The notes under the pieces: generated by a model
The model's database searches: none
Told to the model about the DNA's origin: nothing
Seen by the model: the letters and a program-made list of their open reading frames with translations, nothing else
Source: Chrysomallon squamiferum
Taxonomy: Eukaryota; Animalia; Mollusca
DNA: 64,000 nt
Direction of reading: 5' to 3'
Assembly (NCBI GenBank): GCA_012295275.1
Contig: CM022679.1
Coordinates: forward strand, 29,946,001-30,010,000
Shown: piece after piece, positions 36,041-63,239 of the stretch
Layout of the letters: every line of letters starts with the position of its first letter
Position numbering within the stretch: position 1 is the stretch's first letter
Translations under genes and position numbers: made by a program

Positions 36041-38163
36041 CTAAGGGTATACTTTTTCGCAGATAAACCTTAAGGTTTCAGAGCAGGGGCGATCGTTCCA
36101 ACCCACTGGAGAGACCGAGTCAAACGTCAGACAATGTTCGTCATTTCCTCGATTGTCAGGCAGGCCGTCCTTCCAGAATTCAAATTCCAGTTTAGTTCCG
36201 CTGGCGTTCCACAGCCAGATGTCACCCCGCAGATTGGTAGCCCCTAACCAGATATAAGTAGCCAACCCTGAAACGAGTTAAATGAACAAAACAAATGATC
36301 ATAAATGAATACTGAAACATTTTTTTTAGACAAGAGACGTACAAAGAACGAACGAGTTTTGGGAAAGTTACGAAGTGTTTGACGACTATCAGGCAGCAGT
36401 GAGTGTCAGAAAGCGTGCGACGTCATGGACTAGAATGTATATGAATACTGCACGTTTAAATACTAACTCCTGTACAGGCTTCTTATGTAGTTGTTTTTCT
36501 GAGCAGATTCTATTTCCACGAGTCGTCCCTCTTCTTGCAGACAAGTCTGTCTTGCTGTTTCAAAACTTACTGACTCCTTGTGCACCTTGTAAAGGAATGG
36601 CAAGTTATCTGCCTTGATATAGCCATTGGCTTTTGGACACACGTCTGAACAGAAAAGAATAAATATATATATATATATTTACGTTTTATAATTTTATTAC
36701 TGGATACAGATACATTATGTAGAAAAACACTGGAACATTTTTAGTAAATAAAACGTTTTTTCTACCTGACAGATTAAAATTTTGCAGCAATATAAACAGG
36801 ATAAATTCGGTAAGTCAATTCAGTTTCTATATTTATTTTATTTTTCCTGTAATTCACTAAAAATGCAAATATTGAAAATAAATGAAATTTCAAGGTTTGT
36901 GTAAAAATATTTTGTTGTATACTGATATTTGGAAAATATTTCTTATTTCGAGCAGTATCTGTGAGTTTCTGAATAATCAATAATTTTTATTTTTTTCAAT
37001 AATTCTGTATGTTCATTTTCGAAAATTGTCTAATTTAAAATTAATGTAACTTTATTATATTATACACAAATAACGTACACAGACAACAGATAGATGGATA
37101 GATAGATAGAGAGATAGATATAATGTACCGTTACTGCAATGTACATAAAATGTACATAAAACTTATATAGACAATAAAATATTACATTTTTTAAAATTAT
37201 ATATTAGTTAAATAAATTGCGTACATAGCGAGGCTTTGCTGAATGATATTCATTGTTCTGTATAACGAGCATTAAGCCAAAACCACTATAAAAAACATTG
37301 TTCATTCTCGAATTCAGCGAAAAAGGAATAAAATATTCAGTTTTATTTTAATTTACACCTATTTCTAATAGTGCCTTAGACTTAAAAATACATATATTTA
37401 AATAATAAATTATAATAAAAATAAAAATTTAAAACAGAAAACGTTTTGAAAACAGATTTAAAAAAATTCAAAACATCATTATAAAATCAAAATGTTTTAT
37501 TAGTCAACATTGGTAGTAGTAGCAATAGTAGTAGTAGTTGTAGTACTGATGGTTATGATGGGGATGGTAGTAGTGGTAGTTGTTGTAGTTATTGTTCTAG
37601 AAAGTAATTTAATATTCTTACCTGGACTGCAGTCTGTTGTTTCTCTACCAATTGTACAGACAGTGCTAATTGGACAATTGTGATTCTCACACTGAAGGGC
37701 AAGTCTCTGAAATACATATTTTAATTAGTTATTTACTGTTTTTCATTCGATACATTCGTCTATTTAATCATTCAAAATACCTGTGTAAGAAACAACAACA
37801 GCTATAAACTAATAACATTTCTATACTTACCTGCGGCCATTTTGAGATTTCTGTGAAAACACTTCCCTGTTTGGAATGCACACTGTCATTTCCTGCGTCA
37901 TTGAGATCACAGATGTTCGTGATGAGGTCATAATTGATGCTCTGACATCTTCTTCTGAAAAGACATTGCTGAACGCACTGCAGAAATCCGAGACCTTTGA
38001 ACCAACAAAAGATCTTGTAGGAAACGGAGTTTTTCTGAGTCTTGTCACTGAAATAACTGATGTCTGTACATACATTACGGTCTGTAACAACGTACATTTG
38101 AAGAAATGAAGCCAAAACAAGCAGCAACATTCTGGTCGTTGTCCAGGAAATGTGTGTCTTCAT
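36041..38163 (-). CDS. G5: secreted PAN/Apple + Cys-rich + C-type lectin protein (LPD variant), 273 aa; exons 38163-37831, 37706-37622, 36644-36468, 36267-36041
   Basis: Inverted paralog of G4. Exon 3 reads DVCPKANGYIKADNLPFLYKVH..ARQTC. Exon 4 reads WLGATN..LPDN..EHC..WNDRPC..FICE. GT-AG introns; 822 nt in frame. Confidence 0.92.
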
Positions 38164-38722
38164 TTTTGAAATTTTTGTTCTTTACACAGATACAAAGACA
38201 GCTTTGATAACAAAATAGACTGAAATAGACTGAAGATAATTGAAATTTCAAACTTTCGGCTAAAATATATAGTTATTATCGCATTTGTCCCTCAAGAAAA
38301 TATTGCTCGTTTCGAATAATATCTATGAATTTCTGTCAATTCACAGTTTCTGTGAATTCTTTATCTTCGTTTTAGAATTTGTCTATTTTGAGCAGACAAC
38401 CAATAATCACCTTCTTATTTCGTTTTTGTATTAATTAGTCATAGAGACATATGTATGTGACAAGACATCCGAGATTCTGAAATACCACCTTGTATTAGAC
38501 AGAAATATCACGGGTATTCCTCTTTCTTTGAAGAGATTCAAATTTCTAACTTGCCATATGCCAATGTATTGCTATAGATTCTGCAGAATCTATTTCTTAC
38601 TTTAATAATGCATAAATTTCAAATTCATTAACAGCACAATATCACTGAAACGTATCAGTGATCAGAAATAAAGGTTTTAAATTTCCAAAATGTCACGTCT
38701 GAATAACTTTTCTGTTCTCTTG

Positions 38723-38762
<40 letters not shown>

Positions 38763-38763
38763 T

Positions 38764-38798
<35 letters not shown>

Positions 38799-39663
38799 CA
38801 CGTCTCTGTGAATATATATATACGTGTGTGTCTGTGTTTGTGTTTATGTATATATATATATATATATATTCCCTCACATTTTTATTAATTAATAATTAAT
38901 ACTATCGACTTATCTAAAATCAGGAATGTGAGAAGTATCATGTACATTACGACTGCCAGACCGAATAGGTTACCACTCAGTTGCCTTGATCGGATTTGTC
39001 GACGAAGGGTTGTGAAGAGTTATTCCCCCAGAGGACATTCTACATGTAATCGACCAATGAATGAAACGCCACCACCACGTGTCATGTTTATTACATTACA
39101 TATATTACATTACTGCATAATATGATAAAATCTTCTGTCCTTAGTATACTGTCCAGAGTAGAAGATATATATATATATATATGAGTGTGTATGTGTTGTG
39201 TATGTGTGAATGCATGTGTATGTGTGTGCGTGTGTATGTGTGCCTCTCTCTGTGTGTGTGTCTAAAAATGACAATAAATATTGATGATGAATCATTCCAA
39301 ACTCTGTATAAAATTATATTTTAAAAAGACACATCATTCATTTGTTCATCTTATGAAATAATTATACTGTAAAATATTCTCAATTTTAAATTTGTCAATT
39401 TTCCACGCTTTAATTAATTCTTTCTTGCTTCCTTTAAAACTGTTAGAGGATATATAGAAACATAAAACGATTTCCCTCTGTAGCCACATGGAAAGAGCTT
39501 AATTTCTTGGAAAATGTTTTTCTTCTTCGTTTATGTTTTAGTTATATTACTAACGGAGAAAGACGATGTCCAAGAATTACTAAATGATAATCAGAATTGT
39601 AGTAGTAGTAGTTGTTGTTGTTGTTGTTGTTGTTCTTATAATAGTGGTATTAGCAGTAGTAAA

Positions 39664-39705
<42 letters not shown>

Positions 39706-39716
39706 TAATAATAATA

Positions 39717-39766
<50 letters not shown>

Positions 39767-40775
39767 GATTATTATTATAAATAGCTAAAATGGTAGTAGT
39801 AGTAATAGTAGTAATTCCAAAAATACTGAAAATACTGATGATGATGACGATAATTAATAACAAAAACACTAATACCAATCATAATAAATATATTAATAAT
39901 AATGATGTTCATGATGATGATGATATAAGCAGTGCATAGACACTTAATTATCTCGTATGTCTTTTATAAATCATAAGAGACGTTAAATATTTGATAGACA
40001 ACAAACAGAAATAATAAAAAGTCTTTTTTGTGTGACGATGTTCATCTATGACAACAGAACAACGATATCAAACTGGTTAATCACATACAACACAAGACTT
40101 TCCGATACATTAAATTATCGATTAGAATGTTACAATTTATTGATATAACATTGTTAATCTTGATGAATACATAATGCAAAATTCAATATCTTTCTTATTC
40201 TTTCGAGACAGTGATTTGATGCATTGGAAATGTTTGTACAGTATTACAAAAACTACTGTATGGTGAGATGTAGAAATGAAAATGTTCAAAATACTTTTTA
40301 GAAGTTTGGTTCTTCTTTGAAAACATTCATTCTGCTGTACATAAGTAAGTGGCAAAAGTCGACCAGCAAAACTATCGAACGCAAGAGGAAGCTTGCTACG
40401 TTACAGAACTGATTGAGTTGTTATACTAAAATGTGTCAGTGCAATAAGGAGAAGTTTATTACAGATGACATAAACGTGTTCAGCCCTGAACTTGATACGT
40501 CTGATAATCACACAGTGGCACTTGGAATTTCTTGAAAGTATTTAACAGAAAATTAAGCAATTTCTTCATTCTGGTGAAGCAGTCAGTGTAAATAAGAAAA
40601 ATTGTATTAAAGATAATAAACAAGAAATTATTAGACAAAAAACTTGATATTCAAACATTTCAACATTCGATGCAGTTGCTAGCTGGAACGGGAATAATTT
40701 TATTAAGATAATAACACTAATTGATTTGAGAAAAGATTTGATAATTTCATATTTCATGGCATATTTCAGAAAAAA

Positions 40776-44247
<3,472 letters not shown>

Positions 44248-44993
44248 CTTGAAAAATGAAAGGTCAGAAACATGGAAACGTTTTTTTTTTTTAATTGATC
44301 AAGTGATAATTTAAAGACTTTTTAGTAAATGTTTGCAGTTTTCTTACGAAGCAAACCCCAGAAAATATAAGTGAAAATTCTAAATAAAAACTTAATATAC
44401 ACATTCATATACTAGTTTATTTCTTTGTGTGTGTGCTCGCCTGTGTGCCTGTATACGTATGAACATACAGATTTTATTTTTTCAGATTTAACTGTACCAT
44501 TTATTTTAATGATCATAAAACAGTAAATGAATAATAATAATAATAATAACAACAGCAACAGCAACAAGAAATACAATAATAATAATGATGATGATGATGA
44601 AGATGATGATGATGATAGTTATAATGATAATGATGATAATAATAACAGTAATAATAATAATGATGATGATGATGAAGATAATTTTGATGATGACGATAAG
44701 AACAATAACTATAATAGTAGTAGTAGTAAATAAATAAACACAAAAAATGGATATGTACATATATCATCCATCCATCCATCCATCCATCCATATATCCATA
44801 TACACAATCGCATGAAGACGAACATACATACATACATACATAAATACAAACACGCATGCATGCATGCATACATACATACATACATACATACATACATACA
44901 TAAATATAAACACGCATGCATGCATGCATACATACATACATACATACATACATACATACATACATACATACATACATACATACATACATACAT

Positions 44994-45032
<39 letters not shown>

Positions 45033-45365
45033 CATACATACATACATACATACATACATACATACATACATACATACATACATACATACATACATACATA
45101 CATAGGTGTATGATTACCTGAATTAATGAAGCTGTGTATATATGCTGATTTTTTCTTTTTTTTCTTCTTCTTCTTTTGAAATTCAGTTTTACTTTTCGGT
45201 CTGATTGACCAAGAATGTTTCTGGAGTACAAAAACAATATTTCCCTACATTATTAATGTAATTATTTATGAAAATAATAACAAAATACAAATATTTCATT
45301 ATTTACACGTCCGGAGATATGAGTTGATTTGACAGATGAAATGTCAAATAATGCAATAATACAAA

Positions 45366-45396
<31 letters not shown>

Positions 45397-46526
45397 AATA
45401 AAAAATGATATAGAATCATTCCTGTACTTTCAATTATTTCTTTATAGTGTATATGTGCAGTGATTACTATCAAAAAACATATTACATAAATATTTTTGCT
45501 TAGTTCTAGTTCTTTTGTTGTTGTGTTTTCCCCCATCAGCCTAGTTTTTGGTGGTTTGTTTGTTTTGGGGTCTGGGGTTGCTTATTTCTTTTCTGTTAAT
45601 CACGATGACTCTCTTAGACAATCCTCTTGCTGCATCCATTTTCACATTTTCCCGTTCTAACCAGAGTCTGACGACCAGCGTGTCAGACTGAACAGAATGT
45701 GCTAGTCGTTAATGAGTTAGAAAACGAACATAAACGAAATGTTGCTGATGATACATGGCAGTAGACAACATCCTTTCCACCGTGGATTTCTTTTCTAATA
45801 TATCGTTGTACACAAATTACAGTTTATTTATAAAAAAAATTAAAAAAAAATAAAAAAATAAATCCTTTAATCAATACCAGACTGCTACATTTACTTTTCA
45901 GATAAAATATGTAATAATCACCTTTAACAGTACATCAAGGAGTTGCGGTCGATTTTGTTTCTAACACAAACTTACTGACGATTTGGTAGTGAATAAATAA
46001 TGCTTTTTCTATGCATAATTCTTCTTGTTCGTTTAAATGACAGTAGCGCTGTATTTTACAATTAAAATTAGTGTTGTGTTTCTTTCAAGACGTCGAGTTA
46101 CTTAAATAAACGGTTAATTAACAACTCATTCACCGGGCAGGCTGTGACTCGGTGGTTAGATTAGCTGGTTGATGGTGAATTACAAAATCGATTAGTTTAC
46201 AAAGCATCATTTGATGGTGAATTACAAAATCGATTCTCTTCCATGATGTCATTGTCTGATTTCTTAGGCCCTCAAAAGTGGTATATTTGATTTCCTGAAT
46301 GGATGTAGAAGACACTTTGGTTCTGCTAAATAATAATACAAAAAAAAATAATAGTAATAAAAAATAAGTCAGTATATTGATCAAAGGAAGTAAACACGGT
46401 GAGAGCGTCGTTGAATGAAATATTTATGTCTTCCTTCAAACTCATTCACTGTATTAAATGTATTTTATCACGTGACACTGGTTACGCAGTTAATGAGTAC
46501 AACGACTTCATTGTAAATGTACAATT

Positions 46527-46602
<76 letters not shown>

Positions 46603-47622
46603 GAGAGAGATGATGAATTTTTAATCTAGTCGCAAAAGTGAATTCACAGTGTAGTCTGTCATGTATAGGTTTTACAGTACCGTAGGAATTTGATGAGTGA
46701 CAGTGATTATCATCATCATCATCATCATCATCATCATAATTATTATTATTATAAATAGCTAAAATGGTAGTAGTAGTAGTAGTAATAGTAGTAATTCCAA
46801 AAAAAATACTGAAAAATAATGACGATGATGACGATAATCAAACGTTGTACTCAATAAAAACACTAAAACCGATAATAATAAATATATTAATAATATATAT
46901 TTGAAATACAACAATCAGAAATATTAAAAGGTTTTCTTGTATGGCCATATTGACAGTGAAATACAATTCATCTATGACAACAGAACAACAATATCAGACT
47001 GGTTAATCACATACAACACAAGACTTTCCAATATATTAAATTATCGACTATCGTGATATAATTTGTTGATATGATTTTATGACTTTTGATAAATATTTAA
47101 TGCCATAGAAGATAGATATTTTTTATTTAATTATAATTATTATTATTTTTAAAGTATTCATTCTGCTATACATAAACTGGCTTGGATGACAGTAAAAATA
47201 TCATACGCAAGAGGAAGCTTGCTACGTTACAGAACTGATTGAGTTGTTATACTAAAATGTGTCAGTGCAATAAGGAGAAGTTTATTACAGATGACATAAA
47301 CGTGTTCAGCTCTGAACTTGATACGTCTGATAATCACACAGTGGCACTTGGAATTTCTTGAAAGTATTTAACAGAAAATTAAGCAATTTCTTCATTCTGG
47401 TGAAGCAGTCAGTGTAAATAAGAAAAATTGTATTAAACATAATAACAAGAAATTGTTAGACAAAAAACTTGATATTCAAACATTTCAACATTCGATACAA
47501 TTGCCAACTGAAACTAGAATCATTTTATTAAGATAATAACACCAATTTATTTGAGGAAAGATTTGATAATTTCATATTTCGTGGCACTTCTCAATAAAAT
47601 AAGAAGATTTAAGACGAAAAAA

Positions 47623-50026
<2,404 letters not shown>

Positions 50027-50613
50027 CCTGAAACATGCAAACGTGTTTTAATTAATCAAATGATAATTAAAAGAATTCTTAGTATATTTTTGCAATATTC
50101 TTGCGATGCAAACCCCAGAAAATATAAGTGAAAATTCAAAATAAAAAATTCATTTAAACATATATATATTAGTTATTTGGGGGTGTTTCTGGTCTTTTTT
50201 TTTTTTTTCTTTGTGTGTGTGAACATACAGAACTTATTTTTTCTAATTTAATTACATCATTTGTTTTAATGATCATAAAACAGTAAATAAATAATAATAT
50301 TAACAACAAGAAGAGCAACAAGAACAACAACAATTATAATAATAATACTAATAATGAAGATGAAGATGATGATGATGATGATAGTAATAATAATAATGAT
50401 AATGATAATAATCATAACAGTAATAATAATAATAGTGATCATGATGATAATAATAATTTTTGATAAGAACAATAATTATAGTAGTAGTAAATAAATAAAT
50501 AAATAAGCAGAAGCCACATGTATAGGTACATAAATCATCCATCCATCCATCCATCCATATATGCATATATACATACACACATACATACATACATGCATAC
50601 ATTCATACATACA

Positions 50614-50647
<34 letters not shown>

Positions 50648-50814
50648 CATACATACATACATACATACATACATACATACATACATACATACATACATAC
50701 ACACACACATACATACATACATACATACATACATACATACATACACACATACATACATACATACATACATACATACATACATACATACACACACACATAC
50801 ATACATACATACAT

Positions 50815-50845
<31 letters not shown>

Positions 50846-51235
50846 TACATACATACATACACACACACATACATACATACATACATACATACATACATAC
50901 ATACATACATACACACACACATACATACATACATACATACATACATACATACATACACACATACATACATACATGCATACATTCATACATATCTGAATTA
51001 ATGGCTTTGAGTATATATGCTGATGTTTTTTTCTTCTTCTTCTTTTGAAAATCAGTTTTACTTTTCGGTCTGACTGACCAAGAATGATTCTGGAGTACAA
51101 AAACAATATTTACCTACATTATTAATGTAATTATTTATGAAAATAAAAAAAAAAATAAAAAAATTTCATTATTTACACGTCCGGAGATATGAGTTGATTT
51201 GACAGATGAAATGTCAAATAATGCAGTAATACAAA

Positions 51236-51294
<59 letters not shown>

Positions 51295-52460
51295 ATTAAT
51301 TAATAAATAAAATAAAATAAAAAATGATATAGAATCATTCCTGTACTTTCAATTATTTCTTTATAGTGTATATGTGCAGTGATTACTATCAAAAAACATA
51401 TTACATAAATATTTTTGCTTAGTTCTAGTTCTTTTGTTGTTGTTTTTTCCCCAATCAGCCTAGTTTTTGGTGGTTTGTTAGTTTTTGGTGGTTTGTTAGT
51501 TTTTGGTGGTTTGTTTGTTTTGGGGTCTGGGGTTTGCTTATTTCTTTTCTGTTAATCACGATGACTCTCTTAGACAATCCTCTTGCTGCATCCATTTTCA
51601 CATTTTCCCGTTCTAACCAGAGTCTGACGACCAGCGTGTCAGACTGAACAGAATGTGCTAGTCGTTAATGAGTTAGAAAACGAACATAAACGAAATGTTG
51701 CTGATGACACATGGCAGTAGACAACACGGTTTCCACCGTGGATTTCTTTTCTAATATATCGTTGTACACAAATTACAGTTTATTTTAAAAAAATTAAAAA
51801 AATCTAAAAAAATCCTTTAATCAATACCAGACTGCTACATTTACTTTTCAGATAAAATATGTAATAATCACCTTTAACAGTACATCAAGGAGTTGCGGTC
51901 GATTTTGTTTCTAACACAAACTTACTGACGATTTGGTAGTGAATAAATAATGCTTTTTCTATGCATAATTCTTCTTGTTCGGTTATATCACAGTAGCGCT
52001 GAATTTCACAATTAAAATTAGTGTTGTGTTTCTTTCAAGACGTCGAGTTACTTAAATAAACGGTTAATTAACAATTCATTCACAGGTCAGGCTGTGACTC
52101 AGTGGTTAGATTAGCTGGAAGATGGTGAATTACAAAATCGATTAGTTTACAAAGCATCATTTGATGGTGAATTACAAAATCGATTCTCTTCCGTGGTGTC
52201 ATTGTCTAATTTCTTAGACCCTCAAAAGTGGTTTGACTGCCTGAATGGATGTAGAAGACACTTTGGTTCTGCTAAATAATAATACAAAAAAAGATAATAG
52301 TAATAAAAAATAAGTCAGTATATTGATCAAAGGAAGTAAACACGTTGAATGAAATATTTATGTCTTCCTTCAAACTCATTCACTGTATTAAATGTATTTT
52401 ATCACGTGACACTGGTTACGCAGTTAATGAGTACAACGACTTCATTGTAAATTTACAATT

Positions 52461-52562
<102 letters not shown>

Positions 52563-53565
52563 GAATTTTTAATCTAGTCGCAAAAGTGAATTCACAGTGT
52601 AGTCTGTCATGTATAGGTTTTACAGTACCGTAGGAATTTGATAAGTGACAGTGATTATCATCATCATCATCATCATCATCATCATAATTATTATTATTAT
52701 AAATAGCTAAAATGGTAGTAGTAGTAGTAGTAATAGTAGTAATTCCAAAAATACTGAAAATAATGACGATGATGACGATAATCAAACGTTGTACTCAATA
52801 AAAACACTAAAACCGATAATAATAAATATATTAATAATATATATTTGAAATACAACAATCAGAAATATTAAAAGGTTTTCTTGTATGGCCATATTGACAG
52901 TGAAATACAATTCATCTATGACAACAGAACAACAATATCAGACTGGTTAATCACATACAACACAAGACTTTCCAATATATTAAATTATCGACTATCGTGA
53001 TATAATTTGTTGATATGATTTTATGACTTTTGATAAATATTTAATGCCATAGAAGATAGATATTTTTTATTTAATTATAATTATTATTATTTTTAAAGTA
53101 TTCATTCTGCTATACATAAACTGGCTTGGATGACAGTAAAAATATCATACGCAAGAGGAAGCTTGCTACGTTACAGAACTGATTGAGTTGTTATACTAAA
53201 ATGTGTCAGTGCAATAAGGAGAAGTTTATTACAGATGACATAAACGTGTTCAGCTCTGAACTTGATACGTTTGGTAATCACACAGTGGCACTTGGAATTT
53301 CTTGAAAGTATTTAACAGAAAATTAAGCAATTTCTTCATTCTGGTGAAGCAGTCAGTGTAAATAAGAAAAATTGTATTAAACATAATAACAAGAAATTGT
53401 TAGACAAAAACTTGATATTCAAACATTTCAACATTCGATACAATTGCCAACTGAAACTAGAATCATTTTATTAAGATAATAACACCAATTTATTTGAGGA
53501 AAGATTTGATAATTTCATATTTCGTGGCACTTCTCAATAAAATAAGAAGATTTAAGACGAAAAAA

Positions 53566-56017
<2,452 letters not shown>

Positions 56018-56604
56018 CCTGAAACATGCAAACGTGTTTTAATTAATCAAATGATAATTAAAAGAATTCTTAGTATATTTTTGCAATATTCTTATGATGC
56101 AAAACCCCAGAAAATATAAGTGAAAATTCAAAATAAAAATTCATTTAAACATATATATATTAGTTATTTGGGGTGTTTCTGGTCTTTTTTTTTTTTTTTT
56201 TTTTTGTGTGTGAACATACAGAACTTATTTTTTCTAATTTAATTACATCATTTGTTTTAATGATCATAAAACAGTAAATAAATAATAATATTAACAACAA
56301 GAAGAGCAACAAGAACAACAACAATTATAATAATAATACTAATAATGAAGATGAAGATGATGATGATGATGATAGTAATAATAATAATGATAATGATAAT
56401 AATCATAACAGTAATAATAATAATAGTGATCATGATGATAATAATAATTTTTGATAAGAACAATAATTATAGTAGTAGTAAATAAATAAATAAATAAGCA
56501 GAAGCCACATGTATAGGTACATAAATCATCCATCCATCCATCCATCCATATATGCATATATACATACACACATACATACATACATGCATACATTCATACA
56601 TACA

Positions 56605-56638
<34 letters not shown>

Positions 56639-57191
56639 CATACATACATACATACATACATACATACATACATACATACACACATACATACATACACACA
56701 TACATACATACATACATACATACATACATACATACATACATACATACATACATACACACACACATACATACATACATACATACATACATACATACATACA
56801 CACACACATACATACATACATACACACACACATACATACATACATACATACATACATACATACATACATACACACACACATACATACATACATACATACA
56901 TACATACATACATACACACATACATACATACATGCATACATTCATACATATCTGAATTAATGGCTTTGAGTATATATGCTGATGTTTTTTTCTTCTTCTT
57001 CTTTTGAAAATCAGTTTTACTTTTCGGTCTGACTGACCAAGAATGATTCTGGAGTACAAAACAATATTTACCTACATTATTAATGTAATTATTTATGAAA
57101 ATAAAAAAAAAATAAAAAATTTCATTATTTACACGTCCGGAGATATGAGTTGATTTGACAGATGAAATGTCAAATAATGCAGTAATACAAA

Positions 57192-57246
<55 letters not shown>

Positions 57247-58416
57247 ATTAATTAATAAATAAAATAAAATAAAAAATGATATAGAATCATTCCTGTACTT
57301 TCAATTATTTCTTTATAGTGTATATGTGCAGTGATTACTATCAAAAAACATATTACATAAATATTTTTGCTTAGTTCTAGTTCTTTTGTTGTTGTTTTTT
57401 CCCCAATCAGCCTAGTTTTTGGTGGTTTGTTAGTTTTTGGTGGTTTGTTAGTTTTTGGTGGTTTGTTTGTTTTGGGGTCTGGGGTTTGCTTATTTCTTTT
57501 CTGTTAATCACGATGACTCTCTTAGACAATCCTCTTGCTGCATCCATTTTCACATTTTCCCGTTCTAACCAGAGTCTGACGACCAGCGTGTCAGACTGAA
57601 CAGAATGTGCTAGTCGTTAATGAGTTAGAAAACGAACATAAACGAAATGTTGCTGATGACACATGGCAGTAGACAACACGGTTTCCACCGTGGATTTCTT
57701 TTCTAATATATCGTTGTACACAAATTACAGTTTATTTATAAAAAAAAATTAAAAAAAATCTAAAAAAAAATCCTTTAATCAATACCAGACTGCTACATTT
57801 ACTTTTCAGATAAAATATGTAATAATCACCTTTAACAGTACATCAAGGAGTTGCGGTCGATTTTGTTTCTAACACAAACTTACTGACGATTTGGTAGTGA
57901 ATAAATAATGCTTTTTCTATGCATAATTCTTCTTGTTCGGTTATATCACAGTAGCGCTGAATTTCACAATTAAAATTAGTGTTGTGTTTCTTTCAAGACG
58001 TCGAGTTACTTAAATAAACGGTTAATTAACAATTCATTCACAGGTCAGGCTGTGACTCAGTGGTTAGATTAGCTGGAAGATGGTGAATTACAAAATCGAT
58101 TAGTTTACAAAGCATCATTTGATGGTGAATTACAAAATCGATTCTCTTCCGTGGTGTCATTGTCTAATTTCTTAGACCCTCAAAAGTGGTTTGACTGCCT
58201 GAATGGATGTAGAAGACACTTTGGTTCTGCTAAATAATAATACAAAAAAAGATAATAGTAATAAAAAATAAGTCAGTATATTGATCAAAGGAAGTAAACA
58301 CGTTGAATGAAATATTTATGTCTTCCTTCAAACTCATTCACTGTATTAAATGTATTTTATCACGTGACACTGGTTACGCAGTTAATGAGTACAACGACTT
58401 CATTGTAAATTTACAA

Positions 58417-58519
<103 letters not shown>

Positions 58520-59525
58520 GAATTTTTAATCTAGTCGCAAAAGTGAATTCACAGTGTAGTCTGTCATGTATAGGTTTTACAGTACCGTAGGAATTTGATA
58601 AGTGACAGTGATTATCATCATCATCATCATCATCATCATCATAATTATTATTATTATATAAATAGCTAAAATGGTAGTAGTAGTAGTAGTAATAGTAGTA
58701 ATTCCAAAAATACTGAAAATAATGACGATGATGACGATAATCAAACGTTGTACTCAATAAAAACACTAAAACCGATAATAATAAATATATTAATAATATA
58801 TATTTGAAATACAACAATCAGAAATATTAAAAGGTTTTCTTGTATGGCCATATTGACAGTGAAATACAATTCATCTATGACAACAGAACAACAATATCAG
58901 ACTGGTTAATCACATACAACACAAGACTTTCCAATATATTAAATTATCGACTATCGTGATATAATTTGTTGATATGATTTTATGACTTTTGATAAATATT
59001 TAATGCCATAGAAGATAGATATTTTTTATTTAATTATAATTATTATTATTTTTAAAGTATTCATTCTGCTATACATAAACTGGCTTGGATGACAGTAAAA
59101 TATCATACGCAAGAGGAAGCTTGCTACGTTACAGAACTGATTGAGTTGTTATACTAAAATGTGTCAGTGCAATAAGGAGAAGTTTATTACAGATGACATA
59201 AACGTGTTCAGCTCTGAACTTGATACGTTTGGTAATCACACAGTGGCACTTGGAATTTCTTGAAAGTATTTAACAGAAAATTAAGCAATTTCTTCATTCT
59301 GGTGAAGCAGTCAGTGTAAATAAGAAAAATTGTATTAAACATAATAACAAGAAATTGTTAGACAAAAAACTTGATATTCAAACATTTCAACATTCGATAC
59401 AATTGCCAACTGAAACTAGAATCATTTTATTAAGATAATAACACCAATTTATTTGAGGAAAGATTTGATAATTTCATATTTCGTGGCACTTCTCAATAAA
59501 ATAAGAAGATTTAAGACAAAAAAAA

Positions 59526-61964
<2,439 letters not shown>

Positions 61965-63188
61965 CCTGAAACATGCAAACGTGTTTTAATTAATCAAATG
62001 ATAATTAAAAGAATTCTTAGTATATTTTTGCAATATTCTTGCGATGCAAACCCCAGAAAATATAAGTGAAAATTCAAAATAAAAAATTCATTTAAACATA
62101 TATATATTAGTTATTTGGGGTGTTTCTGGTCTTTTTTTTTTTTTTTTTTCTTTGTGTGTGTGAACATACAGAACTTATTTTTTCTAATTTAATTACATCA
62201 TTTGTTTTAATGATCATAAAACAGTAAATAAATAATAATATTAACAACAAGAAGAGCAACAAGAACAACAACAATTATAATAATAATACTAATAATGAAG
62301 ATGAAGATGATGATGATGATGATAGTAATAATAATAATGATAATGATAATAATCATAACAGTAATAATAATAATAGTGATCATGATGATAATAATAATTT
62401 TTGATAAGAACAATAATTATAGTAGTAGTAAATAAATAAATAAATAAGCAGAAGCCACATGTATAGGTACATAAATCATCCATCCATCCATCCATCCATA
62501 TATGCATATAAACATACACACATACATACATACATGCATACATTCATACATACATACATACATACATACATACATACATACATACATACATACATACATA
62601 CATACATACATACATACATACATACACACATACATACATACATACATACATACATACATACATACATACATACATACATACATACATACATACATACATA
62701 CATACATACACACACACACATACATACATACATACATACATACATACATACATACATACATACATACACATACACACACACATACATACATACATACATA
62801 CATACATACATACATACATACATACATACATACATACATACATACATACATACATACATACATACATACACACACACATACATACATACATACATACATA
62901 CATACATACACACATACATACATACATGCATACATTCATACATATCTGAATTAATGGCTTTGAGTATATATGCTGATGTTTTTTTCTTCTTCTTCTTTTG
63001 AAAATCAGTTTTACTTTTCGGTCTGACTGACCAAGAATGATTCTGGAGTACAAAAACAATATTTACCTACATTATTAATGTAATTATTTATGAAAATAAA
63101 AAAAAAAATAAAAAAATTTCATTATTTACACGTCCGGAGATATGAATTGATTTGACAGATGAAATGTCAAATAATGCAGTAATACAAA

Positions 63189-63239
<51 letters not shown>

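Noticed and set aside
44500-45240. Many long MYVC/HTYI, ERER/SLSL, poly-I/L/N ORFs here and throughout the window
   Set aside because: Translations of (TACA)n, (GA)n and (AAT)n microsatellites.
45730-45790. CTGATGA near CGAAA suggesting a hammerhead ribozyme
   Set aside because: No supporting stems with the required arrangement of core motifs.
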